The notes: generated from the sequence alone by a model not told the origin. 64,000 bases of DNA from Marsupella aquatica (GCA_973895155.1 OZ316894.1:24860709-24924708); one strand, 5' to 3'. Numbered from the stretch's first letter, positions 13,601 through 28,171 are shown. Numbers and translations: made by a program.

Positions 13601-16600
13601 GAGCTGCGCACGCGGCTCTTCACATGAGTCAGTGGCACACGAGTCCACCCGGTTTCACCATCAGTGTCCAATCATGCACTTGAGTTTTCTACACGTCGTA
13701 CATGTCGAAGGACTTGGATTTTAGGCGGTTAGTGCATTGCAACCTGAGCATCAATTCCACTGCTGTCCACTACTTGGCTCTATGGTATTTGCCGGCAGAT
13801 TAAAAGCCAACTGGTTTTGCGCTCTCTTTCAGCGTCAGTGTAGAAGCTCTTGCACTCTTCTTGTGTTCGGAGCTGAAGGAGCTGAATTGCGTTCAGCAAT
13901 TGGGAGTGGTATACGGAATGGAATTCGCCACAGAACTCCTCCATCTAATCCGGCAGGTAAGGTTTGTGCGGTCAGGAGAGAGCAATTTACTCCGTTCACG
14001 CATGGAGATTCACTGAGAGGTTGATGGATTGGAGGTGCTCGAAGGGAGATGTATATCCTCCTGGCCAACGGTGGTACATGGAGACCATAGGTTTGCACTT
14101 TGAGACCTTCGAGATCGGTCCGTCGTGAGCTGGGGAAAACCACTTTCAGAGGCTGCAAGGTCGATCCGTCCTATCTGATGCTGAAGGGAACAACTCACAG
14201 TCTCGAGTGCAAGAGAACCAAGTCTCGATTTACCTGCAAGGCTGTGTGTTCCCTTTAGTACCCAAGAGATAGATCTGTCCTTTGCAGCCCTCTATGGTTT
14301 CAGCTCCGGTTTGACTAGATTTTTTATAACTCTCCGTTGCAACGCTGTGTTCTTCATATACCACCATTGGTCAATAGGCAAATTGTGAATCATGAGAAGG
14401 GATCGTCGACGTACGTGACGAATCTTATTCCCTGTAAGAACAGTTCAGGGACTACCACAGCTTCTTTTTAAGCTCGCAGCAAAGCTGATGACCACGGCCC
14501 GGACCACGGTCGTTAGTGTGATATTGCATGAGTCGGAAGTCACTACATGTATGACTAATTCTGACACTCTTTGATAGTTTTTTGGTCTGTTGGAGTGTTC
14601 ATACTCTCTAAATCACGTTCCGCTATTCTCATACGATTTTCTGCCTTGGACGCGTGACTAACAAGTTCTTGCTCAATTTGAAAATTAAGTTGATGACAAA
14701 TATGAATGCTAGGATCGAGTTTCTTTTAACGCTTCCGCAGATGGATCAATGGATATGCGATATTATCAACAAGATTGGGTACGTACCAAAACGGGAATCG
14801 AAGCGAGCCTGGACCAACAGTTGCCTTATTAAAATATTTCCTTAGATATTTGTCCATCGTCTGCCACATAAGCATATGTTTGATTTGTTTGACCAGGTTC
14901 ATTTAGTAAGCGAACCCACTGTCGAGTAGCTCTTTGCTGGAATCTCTTGAGCGGGCTCTTGAGCTAGCTTTCGCAGACAAATGGAAAGCTTTCGGGGGAG
15001 CTAGAGACAATAAGACATGCCCGTTTCAAAGTTGAAGGTCGGGTACAAGTTCCTAGGTGATAAGAAATAATAGTCAGTATTATATCTTGAGAAAGGAGAG
15101 CTGGAAATCCTCTAGGCCCAAGACCGAAAATTTGTCAATGTTCTCTTAAGGTGACTTATACCGGGACTAATACCAATTGCTCCTGAATGATGCACTCATC
15201 AAATCGTCTATATGTCTGGATTTCACTCTAAGTGAATAGCATATATTGATTAGAAACAGTTAAATTTCAGTCCGGCAATCGATTGCAATAAATAATTTCT
15301 TAGAGTAAGGCTCGCTTGGGATTCAGTAGGTTGACCGGGACATAGACAGACGGTTAAATTCGCGGAATTATTATGCTCACACGTGACTGTTCGTTAAGAC
15401 TTCCTCTTGTACACTTTCGTTAAAATGTTTTGAACGCTGTTGTGCAGGTTAAATTCGCGGATTTGAGAGCAGCACTAGCGGAACTTGACGCTTTCCCCTG
15501 ATATCAGTCAAATCCTAGGTTAATAGTTTTTTTTTTGAATTTTCATAGTTTGCGATACATTTTTTCTCACTATATATATAGTGATAGGCCACGTACTTTC
15601 TACGTGCGGGCAGTTTGGTGAGAAAACTCCGATTGAAGGTTTCTTTCCGCTGCCAATCAGTGGTTCGTAAGAAAGTGGCTTCTTTAGACATTTTCGGTAT
15701 GAATACCTTACATGATTAAGTTATTCCCCTTCTTTCATCGTGTTCTGTATCTTGAAGATCACAGATCACTGATTATTTATCTTGAATAAAAACTCGTCCG
15801 GAATTGTCAAATAATCAGTGATCAATAATTCTGTCTCTGCGCGCTCTCTGTGCGCTATCACAATTTACAATTACAGTAAGCTGCAACGTATTACCTGCTC
15901 ACTGTCTCGACTGATGCATGGACGATGCATCTCGTACACAATTATGCACTCAACTTAATATGGCATTGGTGATGATCATCGCCATCGTTGGTGAATTTTC
16001 CGTTGGTTTCGCTTTGTTAGCCTGGACTTGGATGATGATCCCTTTGACATGTTCTTCTCGAACTCTCACTCTTACTTGGACATGTACTTCAGTCGATTTT
16101 AACCAGACATCGATGTCCATTTCTACTTACTTTATTTCGACTTAAGACGATCCTTCCTCCGACAATTTTCATTTTTCATCGATCAGATGGTTCACTATAG
16201 TAATAAAACATGATTCCAAAGGCATGTACACCAATGCCGATGCCAATGCCATAACCATGAATTCCCATTTCTACTCATTTGATTTCGACTTCACAAAATG
16301 TTTCCCGCCCGAATATTTCTTTCTTCATCAGATTGCCGAATATAATTGATGAAACATGATTCCAAGGGCATATATATACACCAATGCCAATGCCATAATT
16401 TTCATGGGTTACAGAAGCTTACTTGAGCTTACTCTTCGTAACTGCTGTAGAGACTGCCTGAAAAAATTGGTGACTTTGGAAATGAATAATCACTCAGGAT
16501 CGGAAGTCTTCCAGTCATAAAGATTATGCAAACATCGTAGTGTCATACCGTGCAGAAAGGAATTCAGATAATGACCGCCATTGAATGCCCAAAGTGCAGT

Positions 16601-18559
16601 TACTAGTATTTCAACTCTTGATGGCAATAGGCACATTTATCTAGTAATTTTGGTTCCAGATTAATCTTTCCAGAATCTGCCGTCCCAAGTTGGTTCATTG
16701 TTGCGGTACAAATGTTGTTCCACTTTCTCTGCTTCTACCTGATTGAACTCAAGATGAGGCTTGCAGCCAGACCATGTAGCCAGGGAATTTACACGTTGCA
16801 ATAGAGACGACACTGCATCAGCTTAGTGTGACTTTCACTCGTTCGCTGCATCCAACGACAAGAAAAGAGCGCAGGCCTCGAGTACCGATACAGTGTCGAA
16901 TACTTGGATTGGCGTTAAACTGGATAAGATAATATGCGTATTTAGTTCCAGAAAAAACGATCAAGAACCAATGATAAACTACGAACTTGAAGAGAATCAG
17001 CTGACGGTCGTTCGCAAGGACAGTAAAACACAATTGTACGTGGATTTCTTCTCCTGTGGCAATGAAAGTGATGTATCAATTCTATGTCTCAAGCTGATTC
17101 TGCACACACGTGAATAGACCATCGGCTCCTTCGTATTGGCAGCCAGATGTAAGATACAGCGCCGTTTCCTTCGCACAGTAGGTCTGATGAATACTGGATC
17201 AAGCTGAGATTTGTCTACGCGCCAACCACGTTTGGCAGTGAACTAGCCTCTAGATTTGGTTTCCGGAGGGAGCAATTCTGGACGAGACCCTTAATATAAC
17301 AGACCACTTCTTAGAGTACTATTTTCTTCCTTATTACAAACAAGTTCACCAGTCTTACGTCAAATGGTGAGATCATTTTAACTTTAACGTGGGACGGATC
17401 CCCAAAGTGCTCTTTAAACGATGAGTATTTTTACTTTATATCCATTGCATCATCCCAAAATGCGATTTACATGAAAAGGTTTTTTAATCCAAATCCGTGA
17501 CCTCCTACAGTAGTTAAAATGTTTGTCTATTACATTTTTGTAGACATACATTTTAGCTAGGATTTATGCTACTAGCCTTACTACCCGTCACAGATAGAGT
17601 TGAGGACAAAAATAACTTTGCGAAATAAAAGATTCTCTACTACTCACATTCATTTATGACTCACCCTCAATCCTTGTCTGCCTGCCCCCCACTTTCTTTG
17701 TCCCTAGAATCGCAGTCTATGGACTTCATTCTAGATAGTAGGGCATGAGAGTAACTTTAGATTGCAATTATAGTGGTATATAGATGTAGGTAGTGCGAGT
17801 AACTTTTGATTCCAAATATATAGGTAGGGATGTAAGCAGGAAGGGAAATGGTAGTGATGTCAATTTAGGAATCTTACTTGAATGAAATGTTGGGATGGAG
17901 ATTCCATCCTAGCTTATTGAGATGTGTCATGTGTTCATTCGTAACTGCTCATTTAAACTTAAATCCCATGACAATCTCTTCGTGTTTTTTTCGGTAGCAC
18001 TATTTGAACCATGATGTATGTGTTATATGTATCGATCATGGACTGTATTAGAGCATTATGAGATTTGTCCTCTGCTTGTAATAAGGCAAACTTCCGTTGC
18101 ATGAACTTAGAGTGTGTTTGTCGTCCAGTGTAAACCCGTAATTATCTAATTGTGCAATAATGAATTAAAAACGACTCTTTCAGGGCCTATGGTCGAGAGT
18201 AACTTAACGTCTCTATACCTTGATTCTACTGGAAGGACTGAAGTTAGGGAAGTGGAAACCCTGGATTGGGGGTAAGTCTTTGAAAATGGCTATGTAGTGG
18301 GCTTGAATGTATTCACTTCTAGTTACTTTCAAAAGAAAGAGCACTCAGGCTAGTGAAAATAAAACTAATGAAAAAGTCGAAGTGCATTAACACACTCAGT
18401 GACTATGGTAGGGGTGACTGGTAGCAGATGATCTCAACACTGATGGAAGGGTCCCTTCACTCCCTGCTCAATTTCAGCTCAACAACCAGAGTGTGCTGAC
18501 ATAATACATCCACCGTGCAGGGGCCTTGCTATTGCACGTGGTACTTTCACAGGGGGTAG

Positions 18560-21200
18560 CCATCGCGAAAACTGTATACTATACACTGTGTATGGACTTC
18601 TCCAAAGTCCCGATGAAACTTCCTGTCGGTCTGAATTTTGGACTGTCGACCAGTTTAGGGTTTTGCCGAATCTTACCCCGTGCTAAATGTGTATATACAA
18701 CTTCAAGTGATACCAGACACTGGCCAATAATGCCTCTAGAGATGTAGAGGACTCCTTCAATGCACGATTTGGAGCGGCACTTCCATAGCAGCTGCCAGCA
18801 GCACATTCCTCGATATTGTTGCAGTGGCAAACCAACGGGGTACCTAGAAGTGCTTGAGCAGCTGTAACCTCGAACCTTTTTATGATCAAACCATATCGAT
18901 CGATCGTACTCTGTACAAAATACTGTATGGAAAGTGCCCGCGTTCTGACTTCAGAATCCACGTTTGTCAGATGCGTCTTCGACATTCGATTTTGCACGGT
19001 GAACGCATGACTGTAATATCCATTTAGATACTGTGGTCCTCTTCAAAGATGAATTCCCACGCGATGATGCTGTCATAGTTATTCTACGTACACAATCCCT
19101 GTGCAGTTCGAGAAACCCCAAATGTTCCCCAATAGTTCAGAAGACTTTTCGTCGAATTCTGTTCAGTACGTGTTCACCTCCAGTTCAGAAGGTTTTTCAT
19201 CGAACACTGTTGAGAGAATGTGTAAGGAAGATGTACCCTTTGATAAACCCCAAATCCTTCGGTACTTTAGAATCAGTTTCATCGAATTCTGCTCGGAATG
19301 TGAGAAAGACTTCCACTTTACTAAAATCCTAATGTCGTTGTGCAATTCGGAAGTCTTACTCTTCGTGAATGTTCATTTAAGTCTGTTCAGAGAACTAAAA
19401 GACGGAAGATTTACATTTGGATACAACCCATATATTCTCGCGTAGTTCAGAACCGTTGCATCATTTGGTTTTCAGAGAATGTAAGTCAGAGGGGATGTCG
19501 TTTCTGGAACTCTGGGTCCCTGGCCTTTGGAATACCAAATTCTGGGTGCCTAGTCTCGTTCAGTGTGCATAATTATGTATTGACCTAGTCAGATCTGTCC
19601 TCGTTTCCAGCAAAAAAAGATGCAAGCGAAAAATTAATAGAATCTACGTGAAGCACGCATTCTGGTAGTCCAGTTGGAGAAACCGACCTTCCATATATTC
19701 GCGTACTGATCGAGATCGACATTCACTGTGGTCCTCAATCAATATCGTCAGACAGACACATATATCAATGAGCGAATCTCGACCGGGGTTCTTGGCCAAT
19801 CCGATTCCCAGCCCGGTCGTGTCTCCCGGATGGGCGCCTTTTGTTTTTTTGGCAGCGTGCTGTATACGTTACTACGTAACTTCTAACTTCTTCTTCAGAG
19901 TAAAGCTTGATGTATTATAAGACTGTCAGTGATCTAGAGTCGCTACTGTAGTATCCGTGTGTGCAACTCGTGACGACCCTCACAGAGGACCGAGTGACTT
20001 AGTTTCCGGAATGTTTATAGCAAATATGCTCTGCACAAATGGTCAAATGGTCAGACTGACGACGATCAATTAGGCTCTTCAATAGCAAATTATTGTCTGA
20101 GATTCATTCAACAGTGCTACCAAACCTCAGCAGTGTCCATGCATATATCTACGATTATATATTTATATATACTCATAGACACAGATTTCGAAAGAGGTAC
20201 TGCGCGCGGTGGACACAACCATGTCCAATTTATTAGGGGTTTTAGCCGTCCACATGGACAAACAGCCCAATGTGCAAATGTGTGTGCGGTGCGGTGAGGC
20301 GCGGAATGCACATGTACAGTATGCACATACAGTGATTCGGCGTAAACATTCAGCACACATTGCAAAGCTCGAAATATTCAACTCCTCCAATTATGCAACC
20401 TCGATCAATGCGTTGCTCAAATGCAGTTCAGCAGCCTGGCGCACCCTTTCACCATATATATAACCAACTGTCTTTGGACACTGATTCAACTCAAGTTGAT
20501 TTGTTGGAATTTTTGTCTGTTCTTCTGTTTGCTTCCGGGCTGTCCTTACATGGACTCCCTTTACTATGCTGTAGTTAGTCTCAAAGATTCCGAGGGCAAT
20601 CAAGACCCACTTGTATTAGACGCAAATCTATTGTATAGATTACAACAGACTTTTCGTCTTATATTGATCTATCACGGAAGCCTGCTCATGTACTTGGCCC
20701 TTCGTTGGGTCTTGTTCCTCAAGCATTAAGCAAATTTCAACATAATTTCGTCCCTGTCTAAATATGTTCATCATTGATTTGCCAAAACTACTTGCCACTA
20801 GCAGAGCTATTCTACCGATCCACCCATTCAATCTAATTACAAGCAATTGACCAGTTTCACATCAACAAGTACACTAGTTCTCACCATACATATACGGGCC
20901 CGATACGTGGGTCTTCGACATCCTTCTATTAACCCACAGATTTTCATTTGACATAGAACGTTCTTTCTTTGTTTGGACTTTATTTGATGAGTAGATATCA
21001 TCCTCACGACCACTTGTCTTTGATTTTGGTCGTGCCGAATTTTCTGCTTGACAGAAGTAACTGAGTCCATGTTCGAAACATATATCACAAGAATATTTTC
21101 TCTGGAGGTTGGCCAGGATGCTTGGCAATTGTGTCAAATCGGACCATTTGTAGCGTTTTCGGAAGCAGTATGCGCTCTGACGACTTCTTCCTACATTGTT
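18560..21200 (-). pseudogene. Possible highly degraded NB-ARC/LRR (NLR-like) gene relic
   Basis: Fragmented minus frames give LRR-like (LVCHCNNIEE, ALKESSTSLEAL, VNLPSFSSLNRLK) and NB-ARC-like (SVTSVKQKIRHD…QRKNVL) peptides. Many stops and frameshifts; no clean P-loop visible. Confidence 0.3.
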
Positions 21201-22732
21201 GTCAGATGAAGTGGCTTCATCTCAGGATAAGGTCGGGAATTTACATGTTTTGCTCATGTTACGAACTTGGCATCCAACTATTTCTGAGTAGGTTCTATGC
21301 TGTGTTGTGTCCTGTACTGTACTAACATTCTTCTACAAAACCTTTTCTTAAAATCTTCTAGACAACCTTTCTACAATCGGAAGAGAGCCAAGACTTTTCA
21401 TCTCCTGAGGGTACAATGGATGGGCACGGATTTAATTTCCCCCTAACCCATGATTATCAGAATTATGGCTAGTCCCCAGTCGACAACTTACCGAGAAAAG
21501 AAGCCACGTACACCGCTTCACAACCTGGCCGCAACGAATTAATTCATGCTAGCTATTCAGCTCTGAATGCCGACCGTTTCTAGAATTCTGCGCGAGCCAC
21601 ATCAGAGCATGCTGCACTCACTGAGACAAGGCCTACAAAATAATGGTTTCGTTCCACCAGATCGTCGAGTGAAATACTGGGGCCGTGATACCAAACTCGC
21701 TCGTCGTTTCATAAAGAACACCAAAGCAGGTACCCCTCGAGCAATCGATCGACCTAACTACACTGTTAAGTAATCACGTACCGTGGTCTTGTTAAACCAC
21801 ACCTGCTGCTAACTACATTACAATCTTGATGTAGTCATCCTACCTTGTACCTTGGTCATCAAAATTACTTTCAAAGGTTACAAGTAAAACCTCTAGACTG
21901 GAACTCTCAATAGAACTCTCCCTAAACTAGAAAGGGAAGGTGGACAATACTCAAAATGGATGAGAACAAAGATTACCAAAATTGACATTGACTCTAAATT
22001 AGGACAAAACTAAGAGTGACTCTCCATAAAGACAAATAGAAGTGAGGGTGAAAAAAGAGAGGGATGGAGACAATGATGAACAACAGCATTGTTTTGTAGT
22101 AATTTTTTTTTGTCTTCATCTCTATTTACGTGCAAAGAAAGGGTTATCAGGCAAGTGTTAATTAAAATAGGCTAGTGTTAATCAGGGTGTTAATTAAACC
22201 ACACCTGCCTATATAAAGGCCCAGCTTTTTAGGAACCTTTATCTGATACTGTTAACTTGCCCCACAAACAATTATTCATCAACCCACCCCCCAATTTATA
22301 CTCCCCTTAGTATTAACTCGTATATGGTTCCCATTGTAATGTGACGAGTGGCTACTGGCTAGCCTTAACCTGCTGCAACTCTTCCTTGCCCACCTCCTGT
22401 TCATTTTTGGTGGCAATGAAAAGCTCTTACATGTGCAGCTGTGATTTAAGTGGGCCAAATTGTTGTAAACAAAAAATGATGTTATAGTAAGTTACAGTTG
22501 CATAAACGTTTTTGGCTATGGATCAAGAAATGCCACACAACCCAATTTGTACCAATGGTGTCGCACCCATTTTCCGTGCCCATGGCTTCCACCAGAATGT
22601 AGCTAATTTCTCTACGTTCTATGTGAAACACCAGAATGCACCAAACCACAAAATGAACTAATTTTCTACTTTCTAGATAACAAACCCAAACCACAAAATG
22701 ACCAAATGTGTTGATATGATCGCACATGATGC

Positions 22733-24712
22733 GCCAAATGAATTCCATTCAAAAAGCCAGCATACAATAAGGGGGGGCCACAAAAAGGCATCACCCCAAG
22801 GGACCAAAGGTCTACGTGCAACAAAACCGGGAGGGCCGGCACCAGGAAGGAAGCTGGGCCTCAGAAAGAGGCAACTAAACAAGAAATTTAGAAACTGCAG
22901 TCGGAGCAGCACACTCCTAAAGACCGGCCAGTGATCAGGTTCCGGCGGGGTTCCATTCAGTGGGTCCGTGAGAGAGAAATGACTCAATCAGTCAGTCTGC
23001 AGTGCAGCTTCAAAACCTGAGCAGGGGCGGGGGGATCACGGTGGATGTGGAGGTACAGGCGGGACTTGAAGAATATCTTCATGAATCAGCCAAAGGCCTG
23101 TCCAGGTCCCATAATGCCTGGACATGTCGTGATGGGCATCCCTATAAGTAGTCGTGCCAACACGGATTCTGGCATTCTGGCGGGCCTAGTCCCGCCTTAG
23201 ATATATCCGAAGATGGTGCCAAGACTTTCTGATGACTCCCTGCGGATTAGGGCGGGTGTGTTCAATGAAGTGTGCACATCTATCTTTCCACACATTCTAG
23301 CAAATGATAGCCCGCAATGTGTGCCAGAGTTTCTCAGGGGTGTCCCATTCCTCACGCAATGGTTCACCCACCAAGATGTGTGCTGGCTGGAGAAGAACGG
23401 GATTGCCTCGGGTGAAGGCGCACATCTGCAGGACATATTGGACCCATCTCCATACGATCTGTGACTGAGCGCAGCTCCAGATGCAATGTACAATATCCTC
23501 CTGTTGGTCTGTTGCACATCTGGTGCACCACGTCCTGGGGTCCGTTGGTGGACGTCGCGGAAGTCTCCAATGTTGTGTTGCTGGAATCCTATAGATCAAT
23601 TGCCACAAATAGCAATTTTCACTTGCTGCACAAAATGTTAGCCAGGTATTGGCCCATAGTGAATGGGGATTGGGACTCCAATTAAGCCTGACGGCCCACT
23701 TGTGTACAGCCTTGTGTAATGTCTGTGGGAGAGGCCCCTGGATTTCCCGCAAATGTGCTGTGTTGGTATCCAGAAAAGGTAAGCCATCCTTCCATTCAAA
23801 GTGTAACAGGGGAGTAAGCAGACCTGTAGGCCTCCCAATTTGCTGCCTGAGGGCCACTGAGCTGCTGTGATGCCAAGTCAGTACACGGTGCAGCAGTGTT
23901 CCAGCCGGTGGGGTGATGTTATCTGACTTAGAAAGGAGGCCATTTACCACCCTGTATGTGTGCCTGGGTGTTGAGGTGTCATTAAACCTCTGCCACTGGG
24001 ATGTGATGTGATTTCTCTGTATCCTATATTCCCAAATGTGAAGATTCCCATTAGGCAGAGATGCCTCCATGAACATGGGAATCAACTGCATCGGTTGACT
24101 GTAGTTCCGGCACACATCGGAGGTTTGCCACCATTTTGTGGTAAGCCATGGCACAGCTTCTGGGCAGCAGCAAATTAAGGCCATCCTCCCACTCTAGAGG
24201 TTGACCACCTACATCCAAGATATCCTTCATACAGAGAAAGCCAGCTCTCATGATTTTCCTTTGCGGGTTGCTGCGGCACTTCGCTTGGTTTGCATTGATG
24301 TGGTTGAGATGCGGCATCCATAGGGGAAGATCACACCAGCCTTCCAAGTGCCCCGGGGGTGCTGGTCGCAGGTTTTTCTTAATGACATTCCATCCCGTAC
24401 AAATGTTGGTCCAAACTCTTGAACCATTCTTCGGTAATGTGTGACACTGTGTGAACACCCAAGAAAAATCCTCAGTTCCCCACTTCTGCTTCGACAGTTG
24501 CTTCAACTCGTATTGCAATATTCTACGCAGGGGGTGATCTCCTTCAGCCAGCGCCCAAACGATAAAATTCCCAGCCAATGCCCTGAACTGTGCTGCAAGT
24601 GAGATCAGCCCCAGTCCACCAAATATCTTAGGTCTAGTGATCGTGGCAAAGTCCACCCGGGAGCGGGCTTTCGAATTCTGGCCTGCCCAAATAAACGTAA
24701 TGATCTTCTTTT
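22733..24712 (-). mobile_element. 5'-truncated L1-like LINE: ORF2 C-terminal region with zinc finger (zf-RVT-like) and 3' UTR, frameshifted
   Basis: ORF 24051-24740 (FIWAGQ…RVDFATITRPKIFGGLGL) and ORF 23297-24184 (WQLIYRIPAT…WCTRC…EDIVHCIWSC) are typical of the plant LINE ORF2 C-terminus. Absent from unit B, where the flanks (gcacatgatgc / atgtgatctgtaaa) are separated by only ~25 bp. Confidence 0.9.
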
Positions 24713-26368
24713 TATGTGATCTGTAAAGAACAAAATGCAAACTTCAAAATGAACCAAACGTGAGACCCAACCCCAGTACTAATTTTTCTCCTCTTTGTGT
24801 AACACACTGCAAAAGAACAAGATGCACCAAACCACAAAATGAGCCAAACAGGAGACACTACCACAAGGTAAGAGACTTAACGGGGGAGAGAAAAGAATAA
24901 AAAGCATCAAACCCCCAGACAGAATCCCAATACAAAGTGGAAAAACAGGTCCATGACTGCAAGCGTTGACCTTAGGAGATTCAGTTCTCCTCAACTTTCA
25001 TTTCACTTCCATTTCTTCTCCGTAAGGACTCAGTTTTCCACATCATACCATGGGGGCTCTGCTGTTCATCTTGACATCGTCGAGATCAGTTTATTAAAAA
25101 GTGATTTATAGAGAAATAGAACTAAAGGGGCAAGAATTTGTAATTTGCTTTGTCAATCAGCCATCTCCTACCCACAAGAAAAGCCAAGACGGTGAGTAAA
25201 AAGGTGAGTCAATTCGTAGTTTCAAAATCATCTGTTCCTGTAACCATTCTTGCAATCCCACTGAGCGGGTGTTGCATGCTTGTTGTGATTTCTACTCAGG
25301 GCACAACTCAGGATTGTGATTAATGAAATTACGCATCCTCAGTGCCAGTAGCACCAGTTCATCCTCATTATTCATTTGGTAGAGTCTGAAAGGACCCAAA
25401 TGATTTTGGGTGAAGTTAATGTCGGGCTTATATCATAAGTACATGCCATTGCAAAAACTTCTCTGGCTTCCATTTACGCACCGGCACAAAACTACCAGTT
25501 TACAATCTGGATTTGAAGGGGTCTTCTAAGGAAGGAAACGAGTTCAGGTTAAATTAATCTCGTGCATGACCTACTGCACGACCTGGAACTTAATTCTCTC
25601 TACGAACCTTCGTTGGGTACCAGTTTCTGGCATCAGGAAGGATGCTGTTGTAGTGCAGACCCCTATCAGGTGCGTAAATACCGCAAAGCACAGATCCATC
25701 GATGGACATTGCAGACGATGAATGAGTCAAGCAATTCATTGTTCAGTCCAACCAACCCAACACTAGATAGGAAACTTGGGAGCAGCAGACTCCGTGAGTC
25801 CAAAAGTTACTGATTGCCCCGAAGTATCCAATCCATTCTATTGTGAATATTCTGGCGTTGTATAAATTTGAATTCAAGCCATTGTGATCGACGGTTTTGG
25901 CTTCACTATCAATACTCCAGTTCGATTTAATTGTCGTGCAATCCGAAAATAAGGCTCGTGCTAGGTTGTCATGTCACACCGCTTGATGTCACCACGTTTG
26001 TTTCAACTCTTCGATACAATTGGTCCTTTCGATTCCCGAGTTTGCATTTGATTCCTCATATCGAGAATCCTCCAATTACTGCCTACATTGGATCACATTA
26101 AAACTGAAGGAAAGCAAACAAAACTTGAGTTTTAAAGAGAAACCTCGATATCATCCCGGGTTTGCATTTCCTTCGTCGTACTTACCTTATGGATGATTAA
26201 ATTTTCTCCCTTTTGAAACTTCAATTTTACTGGGAAACCTCGATATGCTATACCACAGACGCTCTGTTTAGATGCATATTTCAGTACAAACGTCAACGGC
26301 AACGACATGAGGGAGAAGGGGTCAGGTTACATCAAACTTGCAAACAAGAAAGAGTAGTTCTAGGAAAT

Positions 26369-28171
26369 TTAGGAACTCCTTTGATTGTTGAAATCATACA
26401 AGAAGAGATTGATTCCATCCACCCTTGTTGTCCTGGACGGCTCTAGATTCTCAAAAGGCCAACAAAAGGAAACAACACGAGCACCAGCTGGTAGCTGTTG
26501 ACACAGTTTAGGATACAGCTTACTATTCCCCTTGACAGTCAAATACAAGGTCACAACAGAAGCGGTGGAAAGATCAACCAGGAACGCATCTTTCTGCTCG
26601 ATAGTGACCATGTGAGTTAACCCTTCCGCTTCCACTGCTTTGGCTCCCTCCTCGAATAGTTTTGGGTCCAGTTCTACTCCGTAACCATGCGCTCCGTGGT
26701 GCTTTGCAGCTGAAATAGAAAATATCTTATTCCTCAGTCATGTGAAACACGTGAAGACAATTGAAAAAACCAACCAGGAACACATCAGTTGCAATTGGGA
26801 TGTTTAGGGTTCAATGGGATTTCGGTTAAGTGTATCAAAGGCAAAGCTGGTTCACAGACGGTGGCAAGTAAAGAAGCAATGAATTGATCTCAATTTTGGA
26901 CAAGAAAACGAGGTAAAGAATTTCTCAAGCCTCAAACAAACATGGCAGACTAGGGTACAATGGAATCTTCTCTCCATCTTCATGTGAAAATTGCTCGACA
27001 AATTGCCCATCAGCCGATATCTACTTTTCTCACGATTGACAGTAGTAAGACGACAGAAAAGTGCATTCTAGCCACAATGCAGACTTTCGAGACTCTAACA
27101 ATAGACCACAGTCACGACTCCAATAATCATCTCCATCTTCTCCTCTTCCAAAAACTCAGCAGTGTCCGAGGTAATAAACGGACCCTCTTGATAATAAATT
27201 TCTCTCAACTTGGTACGTACTTCTCCTTCAAGTTAAAGCTAAACACGATCGTGTTCTCGTCGCTTCGTCTGGATTGCCTGAAGTCCTTGGCAAAAACGTG
27301 AAATCCCAGGGCAAACAGGAATTAGAGGCGTCCAGAGGACGCCCACAGAAGAACTGCAGGCTAGCTTCCCGGTGCATGACAAGTTGGACCAATGCTTTTA
27401 TCCCCTCTCTAAGACTGTAAGAAGAGGCTTCCGCGTTCCTAACGGGTGGTGCCCCTTTGTGCCCTACGTTGCAATGATGGATATCGAGAGGATGCAATGT
27501 AATCCCTTCCCTTAGCAAAATACAAAATCTGCTGCCCACAAATTGACTTGTTCAAATTAAAGCCGGGGGCGGGAGAGGATAAAAACCAAATGAGGGATGG
27601 TACCATAAGAGGCCCATCTATAGAAGCCATTCATTCCTCCATGCATATTTTCGAAGGACTGACGTGCCAAAGAACGAAGTGCAGGAGCAATGAACAGTAT
27701 CTCCTTGTTTTCGGACAAATCAAGAGCAGAGGAATGAAGAGCGGGAGCTATTGAATACTTTCCATTGATTCATTCCAAACACAAAAGAGCGAAAGAATGA
27801 CGTGCAGGGCTACCACAACCCTAAAACAGAGAAGCAGAAGAAATGGCGTCACCACGGCTGACCGAATTCTCTACGGCTGGAATCATCAAATTACGAGAAC
27901 AGCGGAATTCCGGGTGTAAAAAAGACTAGTTCAACTACTCCACAGCTTGAAAGTAACACGGTCTGTTAGATAGCTACTGACCCGCAATGAGAAGGCGAGC
28001 ATCGCCGCATCCAAGGTCCACGACGCGGTCGGTCGAATTGACACCGGCAAGCTGCAGCATGCGGAGGGCAACGTGATGCGGAGTCCCGTGGTACGGTGCC
28101 AATCGGAAGCCCGCCCAGTACCTGAACCAGAGACCGAGTCTCATGGCCTGAGAGGAGGAGCTGCCAGCCAT
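26369..28171 (-). CDS. Class I SAM-dependent methyltransferase, FAM173/archaeal-type protein-lysine MTase-like; exons 28171-27982 and 26709-26369, 176 aa
   Basis: ATG at 28171, GCGG|GTCAGT donor and TTTCAG|CT acceptor; 190+341 nt = 177 codons. Motifs LAPYHGTP, VVDLGCGDARLL (motif I), GVELD (post-I), VVTLYL and LPAGARVVS. Confidence 0.85.

Noticed and set aside
12700-14300. Cluster of short ORFs, possibly LINE ORF1-like (CxxC…GH)
   Set aside because: Too degraded; no continuous frame or diagnostic motif could be established by eye.
15900-16410. Duplicated segment (aaacatgattccaa…acaccaatgcc) with signal-peptide-like translations
   Set aside because: Stops in all frames and no recognisable family; treated as a local decayed duplication.
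19770-19850. GACCGGG…CCCGGTC hairpin followed by a T-run, suggesting a Pol III ncRNA or SINE
   Set aside because: No A/B boxes, cloverleaf or recognisable snRNA/SRP features.
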